A stretch of 64,000 nt of DNA. It comes from an uncultured delta proteobacterium (GTDB lineage: Bacteria > Desulfobacterota > Binatia > Binatales > Binataceae). This document shows, piece after piece, positions 1 through 8,404 of the stretch; the stretch's first letter is position 1; each line of letters begins with the position of its first letter. A program made the position numbers and the translations under genes. Where the stretch lies: positions 416,654 through 480,653 of the forward strand of contig CAVQEQ010000003.1 in the NCBI GenBank assembly GCA_963711565.1. The letters run 5' to 3'. Under the pieces are notes generated by a model. It was not told the origin of the DNA. It saw only the letters and a program-made list of their open reading frames with translations, and ran no database searches.

Positions 1-1667
1 ACCCGCATGTACGGCGGATATTTGTCGGCGCCGATATCCAGCGTGCGAATCGTGACCGGGCGCTTGCCCAACGTCTCGAGCATCTTGCTGTAGAGCGCGA
101 GCTGCTGAGTTTCGTCGGGAAAATCCTCGTAAGTCAGGAACGAGAACTCCGAGCGCAGCAGCCCGACGCCCTCGGCGCCGTAGCGCAGCGCCAGCTGGAT
201 GTCGGCGAGCAGCGCGATATTCGCGAGCATCATGACGCGATGGCCGTCGCGCGTCGCGGTGGGTGCGTTGCCCTCTTCGATCAGCTCTTTCTTAAAAGCC
301 TCGTAGCGTTTCGACAAACTCACGTAGTCGCGCTCGATCTCGGTGCCGGGATTGACGTAAACGACGCCGGCATTACCGTCGAGCACAAGCTGATCGCCCT
401 CGATGACGGATTCCATCAGATGCTCGACGCCGACCACCGTCGGGATTTCGAACGCACGCGCCAGGATCGCCGCATGCGAGGTGACGCCGCCGGATTGCAG
501 AGCGATCCCGGCGAGCCTGTCGTGGCTAACCATCGTCAACTGCGAAAGCGTCAGCTCCTCGGCGACAATAATCGTTGGCTTTGTGAAGGGCGCGCGCTTT
601 TCTTCCTGCCGCAGATGCCGCAGCACGCGATGGCCGACGTCGCGGAAGTCGGTCGCTCGCTCGCGAAGATAATTGTCAGCGACCGCGAGCATCGAGGCGC
701 TGAGTTCCTCGATCACGCGAAACAGCGCGCTCTCCGCCGTGTAGCCGTTGGCGATAGTGTCGCGGATGCGGCTCACGAACTCTTCGTCTTCGAGAATCAT
801 GCGATGGCCGTCGAAGATCTTGAGATCCGACTCCGGCATCAGCGGCTCCATCCGGACTCGCAGCGTCGCTAGCTCGGCCAGCGAGCGAGTGAGCGCTTCC
901 TCGAAGCGCTTGGCCTCGACCTTGGGGTCGCGCGACTTCTGATGACGGTCGACGCTGCTCAGGAAGGTGCCGACGACGTGCGCGTTGCCCTGCGCAAATC
1001 CAGGCGAGGCGGAAAGTCCCGCCAGGCGCGGCCGGCGAATCTTGGCCGGCGCGGCATGCCGCGTTTTGCCGCCGACTTTTTCGTAGTCCTTGAGCTGGCG
1101 GTTAGCCTCGATCATCCGGCGCTTGTATTCGAGCCGCTCTTTTTCCTTAGTGACGAGCGATTCGCGCAGCCTGAAATGAGAAAGAATCTGCGCGACCTGG
1201 TTGGCCGCGGTGCTCAGCAGGCGGATTTCGCTCTTGTTGAATTTGCGCCGTTCGAGGGTCTGCGCGACCAGCACACCCAGCGGTTTCTTGCGCCCGTCGT
1301 GAACCGGTACGCCGAGAAAAGTATGGAAGCGCTCCTCGCCGGTCTCGGGAAAATACTTGTAGCGCTGATGGCTGATCGCGTCAGGCACGTAAACCGGCTC
1401 GTCCTGCTCGAGCACCAGCCCGACCAATCCCTCGTTGAGCCGCATCGAAACCTTGCCGACCGATTCGCGATCGAGGCCGACGGTGGCGCGCAGCACGATC
1501 CGCTCGCGCTGCGGATCGAAGAGATAGAGCGAACAGACCTCCGCCTCCATGCCGCCCGCGATCGCGAATGCAGCGCGGTCCAGCGTCTCGCGAAGATCCT
1601 CGGAATGCTCGCTGCCGATCGAGGAGAGATGCTCGATCAGAGCGAGGCGATCCTTGTTGGCACTCAT
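1..1667 (-). CDS. ptsP: Phosphoenolpyruvate-protein phosphotransferase PtsP (EI-Ntr: GAF domain + PEP-utilizing enzyme). Partial: the C-terminal part runs off the window start.
   Basis: My own reverse-strand translation from the ATG at 1667 gives MSANKDRLALIEHL..., a GAF-like N-terminus (LVGLVLEQDEPVYVPD, FLGVPVHDG), the phospho-His region GGVTSHAAILARAFEIPTVVGV, and then LLRSEFSF. It is absent from the ORF track because there is no stop codon inside the window. Confidence 0.9.
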   Translation of the reverse strand, partial: MSANKDRLALIEHLSSIGSEHSEDLRETLDRAAFAIAGGMEAEVCSLYLFDPQRERIVLRATVGLDRESVGKVSMRLNEGLVGLVLEQDEPVYVPDAISHQRYKYFPETGEERFHTFLGVPVHDGRKKPLGVLVAQTLERRKFNKSEIRLLSTAANQVAQILSHFRLRESLVTKEKERLEYKRRMIEANRQLKDYEKVGGKTRHAAPAKIRRPRLAGLSASPGFAQGNAHVVGTFLSSVDRHQKSRDPKVEAKRFEEALTRSLAELATLRVRMEPLMPESDLKIFDGHRMILEDEEFVSRIRDTIANGYTAESALFRVIEELSASMLAVADNYLRERATDFRDVGHRVLRHLRQEEKRAPFTKPTIIVAEELTLSQLTMVSHDRLAGIALQSGGVTSHAAILARAFEIPTVVGVEHLMESVIEGDQLVLDGNAGVVYVNPGTEIERDYVSLSKRYEAFKKELIEEGNAPTATRDGHRVMMLANIALLADIQLALRYGAEGVGLLRSEFSFLTYEDFPDETQQLALYSKMLETLGKRPVTIRTLDIGADKYPPYMR

Positions 1668-1752
1668 ATAGGTAGATTCTCGGGTAAAGTCTCAGCAGCC
1701 GCGCCAAAATTTTATCGGATCGAGAGCGTCGCGGACAATGCCGCCGCTCGGC

Positions 1753-2823
1753 TTAATCGTCATCCGGATCTTCGAAGCCCGGCGGAAGCGCGGTCGGCGT
1801 CTTTGAGCGTCGGTCGTTGATTCGCTCGACCAGCCCCGGAATCATCGCTGTGAGTTCGCTGGGAAGCGCTTTGATCGCCTCGTCATCGAATCTCAGATTG
1901 AAGTAGTCCAGCGCGAGCTGCACGACTGCTTCCGCCTGATGGAGATCGCGCTTGCGCTTGATTGGATCGCGCGTCGGCTGAAGCGAGACCCACAGCTTGT
2001 GCAACGCGAACACGCGCGGCTCAGGCACCACGAATCTCACCGGGAAGCCGTTGTCAGCGATCACGATTTGCGTGATCAGCGGCAACGCGGTCAGCCATTC
2101 GAGTCCGCGCAACTGTTCCGCGATAAGATCGATTCCACTCCCGATGCTGGTGAGTGCGAGCCCGTTGGCCGAATCGATCGGCGCGCGGATCAAATCGACC
2201 ATAAAGCCCTTGGCGTTGACGGCGCGAAATGACCGCTTCCGTTGAGGCTTGAAGGTCGCGTCAACGTCCTGAAGTATGCCGAGCAGTCCGCCGCTTCGTA
2301 TCGAGCCAGCCAGTTCCATTTCAGATTTAGTGTTCAGGAGAGTGTCGAGGTCTTCGGTCTGTAGCAGTCCGGCTTTGAGTTGCACGCCCGCCGCCATCTC
2401 GTAGGCATACATCGCATGGCTGCCGAGAATAATCAGATGAGTGCCGAGAAGTCCGCTCGCGTCGAGCGACCTTACGATGTCGGCCGCAAGCCTCGGCACA
2501 CGGTTCACTCCCGCGGCAACGCAAAACTTGGCCTGGCGCGCGACCTCGTCATTGATTGATTTGATCCGCATATCGAGGTCGCGCTTGGTATCGGTAAATT
2601 CGCGGTAGGCTTTTTCAGTCTCGGGCGAGCGCGGCCCGAGCGAGCGATTACCACCGCGACGGTCGGTTATACGAATGAGATAGTCGTGGCCAGATACTGT
2701 TTTCCAATACAAGCCGCCGCGAAGCGTCTGACGTTCAGCTTGAAGGTCTGTCGAATGCTGATACAGCTGTGCAGCATCGACCGCGATTCTGCGCTGCTCG
2801 GCGGTGAGTTCTTTCAGTTTCAC
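1753..2823 (-). CDS. Nucleotidyltransferase-fold protein (GSU2403-like / minimal NTase family), function unknown
   Basis: 356 aa ORF. It has the NTase-like hG[GS]...[DE]x[DE] pattern (LIILGSHAMYAYE ... TEDLDTLL) and a C-terminal helical region with KRKRDLHQAE. The family name is from memory of this architecture and has not been searched. Confidence 0.55.
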   Translation of the reverse strand: MKLKELTAEQRRIAVDAAQLYQHSTDLQAERQTLRGGLYWKTVSGHDYLIRITDRRGGNRSLGPRSPETEKAYREFTDTKRDLDMRIKSINDEVARQAKFCVAAGVNRVPRLAADIVRSLDASGLLGTHLIILGSHAMYAYEMAAGVQLKAGLLQTEDLDTLLNTKSEMELAGSIRSGGLLGILQDVDATFKPQRKRSFRAVNAKGFMVDLIRAPIDSANGLALTSIGSGIDLIAEQLRGLEWLTALPLITQIVIADNGFPVRFVVPEPRVFALHKLWVSLQPTRDPIKRKRDLHQAEAVVQLALDYFNLRFDDEAIKALPSELTAMIPGLVERINDRRSKTPTALPPGFEDPDDD

Positions 2824-2989
2824 GACGCTTTCCTCTCAAAACTACCTGGATGGCAGTCTGAAAGGAAATTGTAGCATAACTAAGGTTTTTTACCATGCTT
2901 CTATTCGTATTTGGGTCGAATTTTCCTTTCAAATTCGGAAGCGGTAGAAATGAAAGGAAACCGCTTGTGTTTCAAGGGTTTTTCGCGCG

Positions 2990-3730
2990 CTAACTGGCTA
3001 CCTGCGATGGCTCAAACGGTGCCAGCGCCCTCTTCAGGAGGCCACGACCGGCGCGGCATCGCCGCGCTCGAATCGCGTCAATCAGATCGCGCTCGTCCTT
3101 GATTGGGCCTTCGAGCAGCGTTGTTACGCATCCTATCGAGCCCGCCGAATGCGAGTCCGAGCCCGCAACCTCGGCCATCCCGAGATGACGCGCGACCTTC
3201 AGCGCGAAGACGTTCTCGTCCTCGCCACAGGCGCCGTTGAGCACTTCGATCGCGTCAACCAGTTCGAAGATTCTGAGCTTGGCCGCGCGCTCCGGATATG
3301 TCGGATCGATCGGTTCGGAGTCCGGGTTGATAAACGAGAAGCGCGGGTCGAGTTTGTAGCGGAACGGATGATTAGCGATCAGTATCCCGCCTTCGAGATC
3401 GATCACGCGCCGCAATTCCGCCAGCTTGTAGATTCCCCCGACGTAGCGTTCGAGCCCGAACGCGCCGACATGGCCCATGTCGGTGGTGACTTCCATCCCG
3501 CGCAGGAAAATCACGCCCGAATCCGACGCCATCGCGGCGATCTCGCGCGCGTCCCACATGTTGTCGTGCTCGGTGATGCAGACCGCGCCGATTCCGATCG
3601 CGCGCGCGCGCTCGACCAGGTCCTTCGGCGCGAGGTTCGAGTCCGAACTGCCGCGATTGGTGTGGAGATGCAGGTCAACGGTGAAGTAGGGCCCCGCCGG
3701 CTGCGGGTGCCCGCTTCGTGAATCCGCCAT
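2990..3730 (-). CDS. PHP-domain metal-dependent phosphoesterase
   Basis: The N-terminal DLHLHTNRGSSDS motif, later ITEHD and GSDSHS, are typical His/Asp ligand motifs of the PHP family. Confidence 0.8.
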   Translation of the reverse strand: MADSRSGHPQPAGPYFTVDLHLHTNRGSSDSNLAPKDLVERARAIGIGAVCITEHDNMWDAREIAAMASDSGVIFLRGMEVTTDMGHVGAFGLERYVGGIYKLAELRRVIDLEGGILIANHPFRYKLDPRFSFINPDSEPIDPTYPERAAKLRIFELVDAIEVLNGACGEDENVFALKVARHLGMAEVAGSDSHSAGSIGCVTTLLEGPIKDERDLIDAIRARRCRAGRGLLKRALAPFEPSQVAS

Positions 3731-3746
3731 TTGCGACGCGCCGCGG

Positions 3747-4301
3747 CTACTTGGGCGGCTCCTTCGCGAGCGTGATTTTCTTCATGTGGTCGCCCTTCTG
3801 AATCTGATCGACCACGTCCATCCCCTTAATCACGCCGCCAAACACGGTGTATTGGCCGTCGAGGTTCGGTTGCGGCTCGAGGCAGATGTAGAACTGGCTG
3901 CCGCTCGACGCGCGTTGTGGATTGACGTCGTCGCCCGTGCGCGCGGTGGCGACGCTGCCGCGCAGGTGCTTCTCTTTGATCTCGGCAGGGACGGTGTAGC
4001 CGGGGCCGCCCATCCCCGTGCCGTCAGGATCGCCGCCCTGCACGACGAAGTCCGGCACGACGCGATGCCACGTTAGGCCGTTGTAGAAGCCCTTGTTCAC
4101 CAGCGTCTCGAAATTCGCCACGGTCTTGGGCGCGGACGCGGGGTAAAGTTCGATTACTATAGTGCCGTGTTCGGTCTCGATAATTGCGTAATGACCTGTG
4201 TTTCTCACTGGGAGTCCATCCGTTGCGCCCTTGCAGGCCGAAGCGAGCAGGAGCACCGCGACGACGGCAAGACACGACATTTTAAGGGAGTTGAGTTTCA
4301 T
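3747..4301 (-). CDS. Cyclophilin-type peptidyl-prolyl cis-trans isomerase, probable lipoprotein
   Basis: Cyclophilin core motifs are present (FHRVVPDFVVQGGDP-like WHRVVPDFVVQGGDP, SQFYICL). I chose the internal start MKLNSLKMSCLAVVAVLLLASAC (signal peptide with lipobox). The ORF in the track extends to 4391. Confidence 0.88.
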   Translation of the reverse strand: MKLNSLKMSCLAVVAVLLLASACKGATDGLPVRNTGHYAIIETEHGTIVIELYPASAPKTVANFETLVNKGFYNGLTWHRVVPDFVVQGGDPDGTGMGGPGYTVPAEIKEKHLRGSVATARTGDDVNPQRASSGSQFYICLEPQPNLDGQYTVFGGVIKGMDVVDQIQKGDHMKKITLAKEPPK

Positions 4302-4505
4302 TTTATCCACTCGCATTCGCAGGGACAAACGTCCATGCAGGTTAGTCCGACAGTCCTGTATGGAAGTATTCGAGGCGCGACAAATCCGCAAGTGATGGAG
4401 CGGTCTCCTTGCAGTACCTCCCTGAGGACCGCTGCGCGATTTTCAGAGACCGGCACCGGCAGCGCTCACGCGCTGCCGTCCGAGATTCTTCCTGTCGTGC
4501 CTGTT

Positions 4506-4620
4506 CCCCCTTTCCGCCCCGGAAAGGGGGTTAGGGGGATAGGACGGCGGCGCGCTTCGACGTTTCTTCTGGTTCCCCTTCCCCCATTTTTTTATGGGGA
4601 AGGGGTCAGGGGTTAGGGTG
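4506..4620. repeat. Left flank of the DUF559 cassette: two C-run/G-run hairpins, each followed by a GGGG(T)TAGGG-type tail
   Basis: CCCCCTTTCC-gcccc-GGAAAGGGGG + TTAGGGGGATAGGACGGCGGCGCGC at 4506-4555. CCCCTTCCCCC-loop-GGGGAAGGGG + TCAGGGGTTAGGGT at 4575-4619. Confidence 0.9.
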
Positions 4621-4627
4621 CTTTCGT

Positions 4628-5028
4628 TTGCCGCATCTCAATGCTAATCACCCTCAGATGACACTGTTGACTCTGCGTGAACAGAGAAATCCGGAACTGA
4701 TGCGCCGCGCGCTGGATCTGCGCAAACACATGACTCCGGAAGAGCGCGTCATCTGGCAGGAGCTTCGCGGTAATCGGTTAGGCGCGCATTTCAGGCGACA
4801 GCAGGTGCTCGCTCCGTACATTGTAGATTTCTATTGTCATGCTGCGCGGCTGGTGGTGGAGCTCGATGGAAGCCCGCATCGCGAGCAACAAGGATACGAC
4901 CGAATGCGCGACGAATATTTCAGGCGGCGCGGGCTCCGGGTGCTGGGGTGTCGAACGTATCGGTGCGGAATGAATTGGCATCGGTGATTGCCGCGATTCG
5001 ATCGGCGCTGCGCTGGGCGAGACCCTAA
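4628..5028 (+). pseudogene. DUF559 (Vsr-like endonuclease fold) protein gene, interrupted by a 1-nt frameshift
   Basis: Frame 1 (4628-4987) gives MTPEERVIWQELRGNRLGAHFRRQQVLAPYIVDFYCHAARLVVELDG...RRRGLRVLG and then nonsense. The expected C-terminus VSNVSVRNELASVIAAIRSAL continues in the next frame (ORF 4834-5028). The switch falls at the G-run 4945-4948. Confidence 0.8.
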
Positions 5029-5210
5029 CCCCTAGCCCCTTCCCCAGGATGGGGAAGGGGAACGGAGAGAAATTCATCGGAGCGCGCCGTCCTATCCCCC
5101 TCACCCCCTTTCCAAGTGGAAAGGGGGAACAGAGAGGTTGTGGCGTCGTGGGGTCGAATCGCCTTAGCTCCCTTTCCAGGGATGAGAAGGGAGCGGAATC
5201 AGGGGTGAGG
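5022..5210. repeat. Right flank of the DUF559 cassette: reverse-complement copies of the left-flank units, plus one extra unit
   Basis: ACCCTAACCCCTAGCCCCTTCCCC-aggat-GGGGAAGGGG at 5022-5060. GCGCGCCGTCCTATCCCCCTCACCCCCTTTCC-aagt-GGAAAGGGGG at 5082-5127. An extra hairpin CTCCCTTT...AAGGGAG + TCAGGGGTGAGG lies at about 5168-5210. Confidence 0.9.
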
Positions 5211-5221
5211 TTCGCTCGCGC

Positions 5222-6007
5222 TTATCCCTTGATGAACTTCGCGACCGTCGCGGCGAGCTCGGCGGGTTCCTCCAGCGGCGTCATGTGCGCACCGCCGTCG
5301 ACGAGATGAATCTTCGCGCCGGGAATTCCCTTGCGAAATTCGTCGGCATAAACCGACGGCAGCAGCTTGTCGTCCTTGCCCCACACGATCAGCGTCGGCG
5401 CCGCGATTCGATGCAGCCGCTTGCGCAGCCCCTTGTCCGGTATAGGCCACATAAACTTGCCGGTGCATCCCAGCGCCCACGTGATGCGAATGAACCCATC
5501 CTGATCTTCGGGGTTCAACGTGATCCGCTTCAACGACGGATGGTGCTGATCCTTGAACAGCAGCGCGGGCAGGTCGGTCTGCGGCGTCACGATGTAATTG
5601 CGAATCGGCGAGTCGTCGCGCCACAGGCCCAGCGGGCTTATCAGCACCAGCTTGCCGACTCGCGTCGGATCGGTCGCCGCAATCTCACCTGCAATCATCC
5701 CGCCGAACGAATGCCCGACCACCGCCGGCGCCTTCAGCCCGAGCTTGTCGAACAAGTCGTAGTAGTAGAGGACGAGATCCCACATGTCGTCGAGCGCCTT
5801 GTAGGAATCCTCATCGCCCGCGGTGATCCCGGGATGCTCGGGAGCATAGACGGTGAAGCTCTTCGCAAGCTCGTCGAGCAACTCGGTCTCGATCGGCCCG
5901 TAACCGCCGTGCAGATAAACGACCGGCGGCCCATCGCCAAGAATCCTGACCTTGGGATGAACCTTGTCGCCCCACACGCTAACCGTCTTATCTTTTGTGG
6001 TCGCCAT
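5222..6007 (-). CDS. Alpha/beta-fold hydrolase
   Basis: VVYLHGG, the nucleophile elbow GHSFGG, and a C-terminal GGAHM His motif are present. I chose the start MATTKDK; the ORF in the track extends to 6067. Confidence 0.8.
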   Translation of the reverse strand: MATTKDKTVSVWGDKVHPKVRILGDGPPVVYLHGGYGPIETELLDELAKSFTVYAPEHPGITAGDEDSYKALDDMWDLVLYYYDLFDKLGLKAPAVVGHSFGGMIAGEIAATDPTRVGKLVLISPLGLWRDDSPIRNYIVTPQTDLPALLFKDQHHPSLKRITLNPEDQDGFIRITWALGCTGKFMWPIPDKGLRKRLHRIAAPTLIVWGKDDKLLPSVYADEFRKGIPGAKIHLVDGGAHMTPLEEPAELAATVAKFIKG

Positions 6008-6133
6008 ATCTATCCTTCCAAGAACTCTTCCCACGCCCCTGACAGCGAAGTAGCGCGCTGCGCGCAACTTTGCGCTTCACACTGGGTGCAGGGGTCACCC
6101 CCTGCCGCCCGCCGCGCAGGCGATTCTTTCTTT

Positions 6134-7396
6134 CTACCGCGCCGCCGCATGCACTCCGTTCGACGCTATCTTCTTGCGCGGACCTTTGAGCGACTCTGGC
6201 CACCACTTATTATCCCACTCGCCGTCCCACACGCCGCGGAAATGGGGCAGCACTTCGCTGCAGAACAGATCGATATTCTTGATAGTCAACTCATGCGGCA
6301 TCGATCCGATATGCAGCAGCACCATCAGGTTGCCGATGCGCAGCTTCTTGACCGCTTCCATCAACTGCTGGCGCACGGTGGCCGGCGATCCTGCGATCAC
6401 GAACTGGTTGTCAACGAAGTCCTTGTACTTCCAGGTCGGGATCTTGTTCATCAGTTCGAACAACTGCGGATTCAGCTTGGTGACGCTGTTGACCAGGCTC
6501 TTGTAGTCCTGGTTGCTGGCGACGGGAAAATACTCGGGCAGGATGTGCAGGCATTTGTCGTAAAAATATCGGATGTGCTTGTAGTAGTCCTTCTCGGCCT
6601 GCGCGTCGGTCTCCGAGACGGCGACCAACTGCAAAAATCCCGTGCGATACGGATTCGGATCGTGATTGCCCTTGGCGACGAAATCCCAGAACCCGTCCAT
6701 CACGCGCTTGCCGAAATTATTCCCCCAGTACGACAGGAAGCAGTAGCAGTGATTGTGCTTGGCGGAAAAATCCCAGGTCGAGAGGCTCCCGCTGCCGGGA
6801 ATCCACACGGGAGGATGGGGTTTCTGGATCGGACGCGGCCATATATTGACCATCGGCAGTTTGAAGTACTTCCCGTTCCACGCGAAAATTTCGGGCGACT
6901 GCCACGCTTTCAGAATCAGATCGTGCGCCTCATAGTAGCGCTCGCGCTGCTCAATCGGCGGGATTCCGTAGCAGAGGTTCACGTCCTGCGACGTGCCCAG
7001 CGGCATCCCGGCCACCATCCGGCCGCCGCTGATGCAATCGATCATCGAATATTCTTCCGCGATTCGTATCGGCGGATTCGAGGTTGGCAGCGTCGCGCCC
7101 ATTTGCACCACGGCGACGTCGGTGCCGTTGGTCGCGCGCGCGAGAATCGATCCCATCAGGTCCGGATTCGGCATGAAGCCGTAGGCGTTCTGATGATGCT
7201 CGTTGACGCAAATGCCGTCGATGCCCTTGTCGGCGGCGTGGATCAACTCGTCGAGCGTCCAGTTGTAGTACTGCCCGACCTTCACCGAATCGGCCAGCTC
7301 GGCGTACGGCGGATCGACCCACACCGAGTGATATTTCTGCGCGAAATCGTCGGGCAAATCGCGATAGGGCATCAGATGGAACATCGAGATTTTCAT
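6134..7396 (-). CDS. LLM-class (luciferase-like) flavin-dependent oxidoreductase
   Basis: The start MKISMFHLMPY is typical of the family, along with NEHHQNAYG and PRPIQKPHPPVW motifs. Confidence 0.8.
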   Translation of the reverse strand: MKISMFHLMPYRDLPDDFAQKYHSVWVDPPYAELADSVKVGQYYNWTLDELIHAADKGIDGICVNEHHQNAYGFMPNPDLMGSILARATNGTDVAVVQMGATLPTSNPPIRIAEEYSMIDCISGGRMVAGMPLGTSQDVNLCYGIPPIEQRERYYEAHDLILKAWQSPEIFAWNGKYFKLPMVNIWPRPIQKPHPPVWIPGSGSLSTWDFSAKHNHCYCFLSYWGNNFGKRVMDGFWDFVAKGNHDPNPYRTGFLQLVAVSETDAQAEKDYYKHIRYFYDKCLHILPEYFPVASNQDYKSLVNSVTKLNPQLFELMNKIPTWKYKDFVDNQFVIAGSPATVRQQLMEAVKKLRIGNLMVLLHIGSMPHELTIKNIDLFCSEVLPHFRGVWDGEWDNKWWPESLKGPRKKIASNGVHAAAR

Positions 7397-7492
7397 CGTA
7401 GGCCTCCAGCCGCGCGTCAGCTTTCGATTTTTCAATACCACGATGCCACGCGATCCCCAACATCGTTGCGAACCAGCCGGTCGTGCGGTTCT

Positions 7493-8353
7493 ATGTTCAC
7501 AGTGAAATCGCTCATAGTATTCGGCATCGCATCGCTACTGCTGTGCTCCACAATCGCGCGCGCAGAACCTCTTGGGCGAACGTTCGTCGGCGACTTCATC
7601 GGCAACGACGCAACCACTGAAAACTATCTCAGCATCGCAGGCGACTACGATCGCTCGGAAAATTCCGAGTCGTTGTATCTCGAAAAAACCATCTCACCCA
7701 ACTCCAGCTTTTCGATTTTCATCGGCTACCAGCGCTTCGAGCAGGAAGAGGAGTCCACCAGTTCGAGCAATTTCGAGCTCGCCTACAAACGCGTGCTCAT
7801 CAGGATTCCCAGCCACGAATTCGTGTTCACGATTAATCCCGGACTTGAACTACCGCTGGGCAATCGCAGTGCCGGCTCGGAGTCGCATGCGCGCGCCGGC
7901 TTCGATTTGCTTTTTCAGAAAGGGTTCGGTGACTTGCCCGACTTCCTGCGCATCCTGCGCCCGTTCGGCGTCGAGGGCGACTGGGGATGGCAAAGCAAGG
8001 TGACCGGCGCGCGCGACGATCTGACAACTGCCGACCTCGAACTCGAATATTCGCTTCATTACCTCGACCAGAACGTCGCCGTTGGGGCCGTGCCTCGTGC
8101 GCTGCGGGACATCACGCCGAATCTCGATTTCGACTACGCGCAGTATTTGAGCGCGCATCGCAACTCTTCTCAGCCCAACTTCGATCTGACGCCCGCGATC
8201 GCGTGGCTGAATGCGACCTACGAGGTAAATCTCGGCGTCCAGGTCGCGGTCAATCGCGCCGCGTCGGGCAGCGGTGCCGTCGCCTTCGTCTGGCTACTGG
8301 GCGTCTCCTTCGATCAACTCGTGCCGGCACTCGGATGGATGCCGTTTCACTGA
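7493..8353 (+). CDS. Secreted hypothetical protein, possibly an outer-membrane beta-barrel
   Basis: This is the only plausible part of the 1022 aa track ORF. It starts at an ATG with the signal peptide MFTVKSLIVFGIASLLLCSTIARA, followed by alternating beta-strand-like segments. No family was recognised. Confidence 0.4.
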   Translation: MFTVKSLIVFGIASLLLCSTIARAEPLGRTFVGDFIGNDATTENYLSIAGDYDRSENSESLYLEKTISPNSSFSIFIGYQRFEQEEESTSSSNFELAYKRVLIRIPSHEFVFTINPGLELPLGNRSAGSESHARAGFDLLFQKGFGDLPDFLRILRPFGVEGDWGWQSKVTGARDDLTTADLELEYSLHYLDQNVAVGAVPRALRDITPNLDFDYAQYLSAHRNSSQPNFDLTPAIAWLNATYEVNLGVQVAVNRAASGSGAVAFVWLLGVSFDQLVPALGWMPFH

Positions 8354-8404
8354 TCGACCAGCAGTATAGACAAGCACCTCCAAGGAAGGCGAGAATGCGC
8401 GGCT

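Noticed and set aside
4400-5210. Possible CRISPR array, because of the repeated G/C-rich hairpins
   Set aside because: The repeats are inverted rather than direct, irregularly spaced and of unequal length, and they flank a protein gene. No cas genes are present.
5285-7492. The first ~735 codons of the 1022 aa plus-strand ORF (5285-8353)
   Set aside because: This part is antisense to two well-supported genes (alpha/beta hydrolase and LLM oxidoreductase) and has an Arg/Ala/His/Gln-rich nonsense composition with no motifs. Only the last 286 codons, which start at an ATG with a signal peptide, look real.
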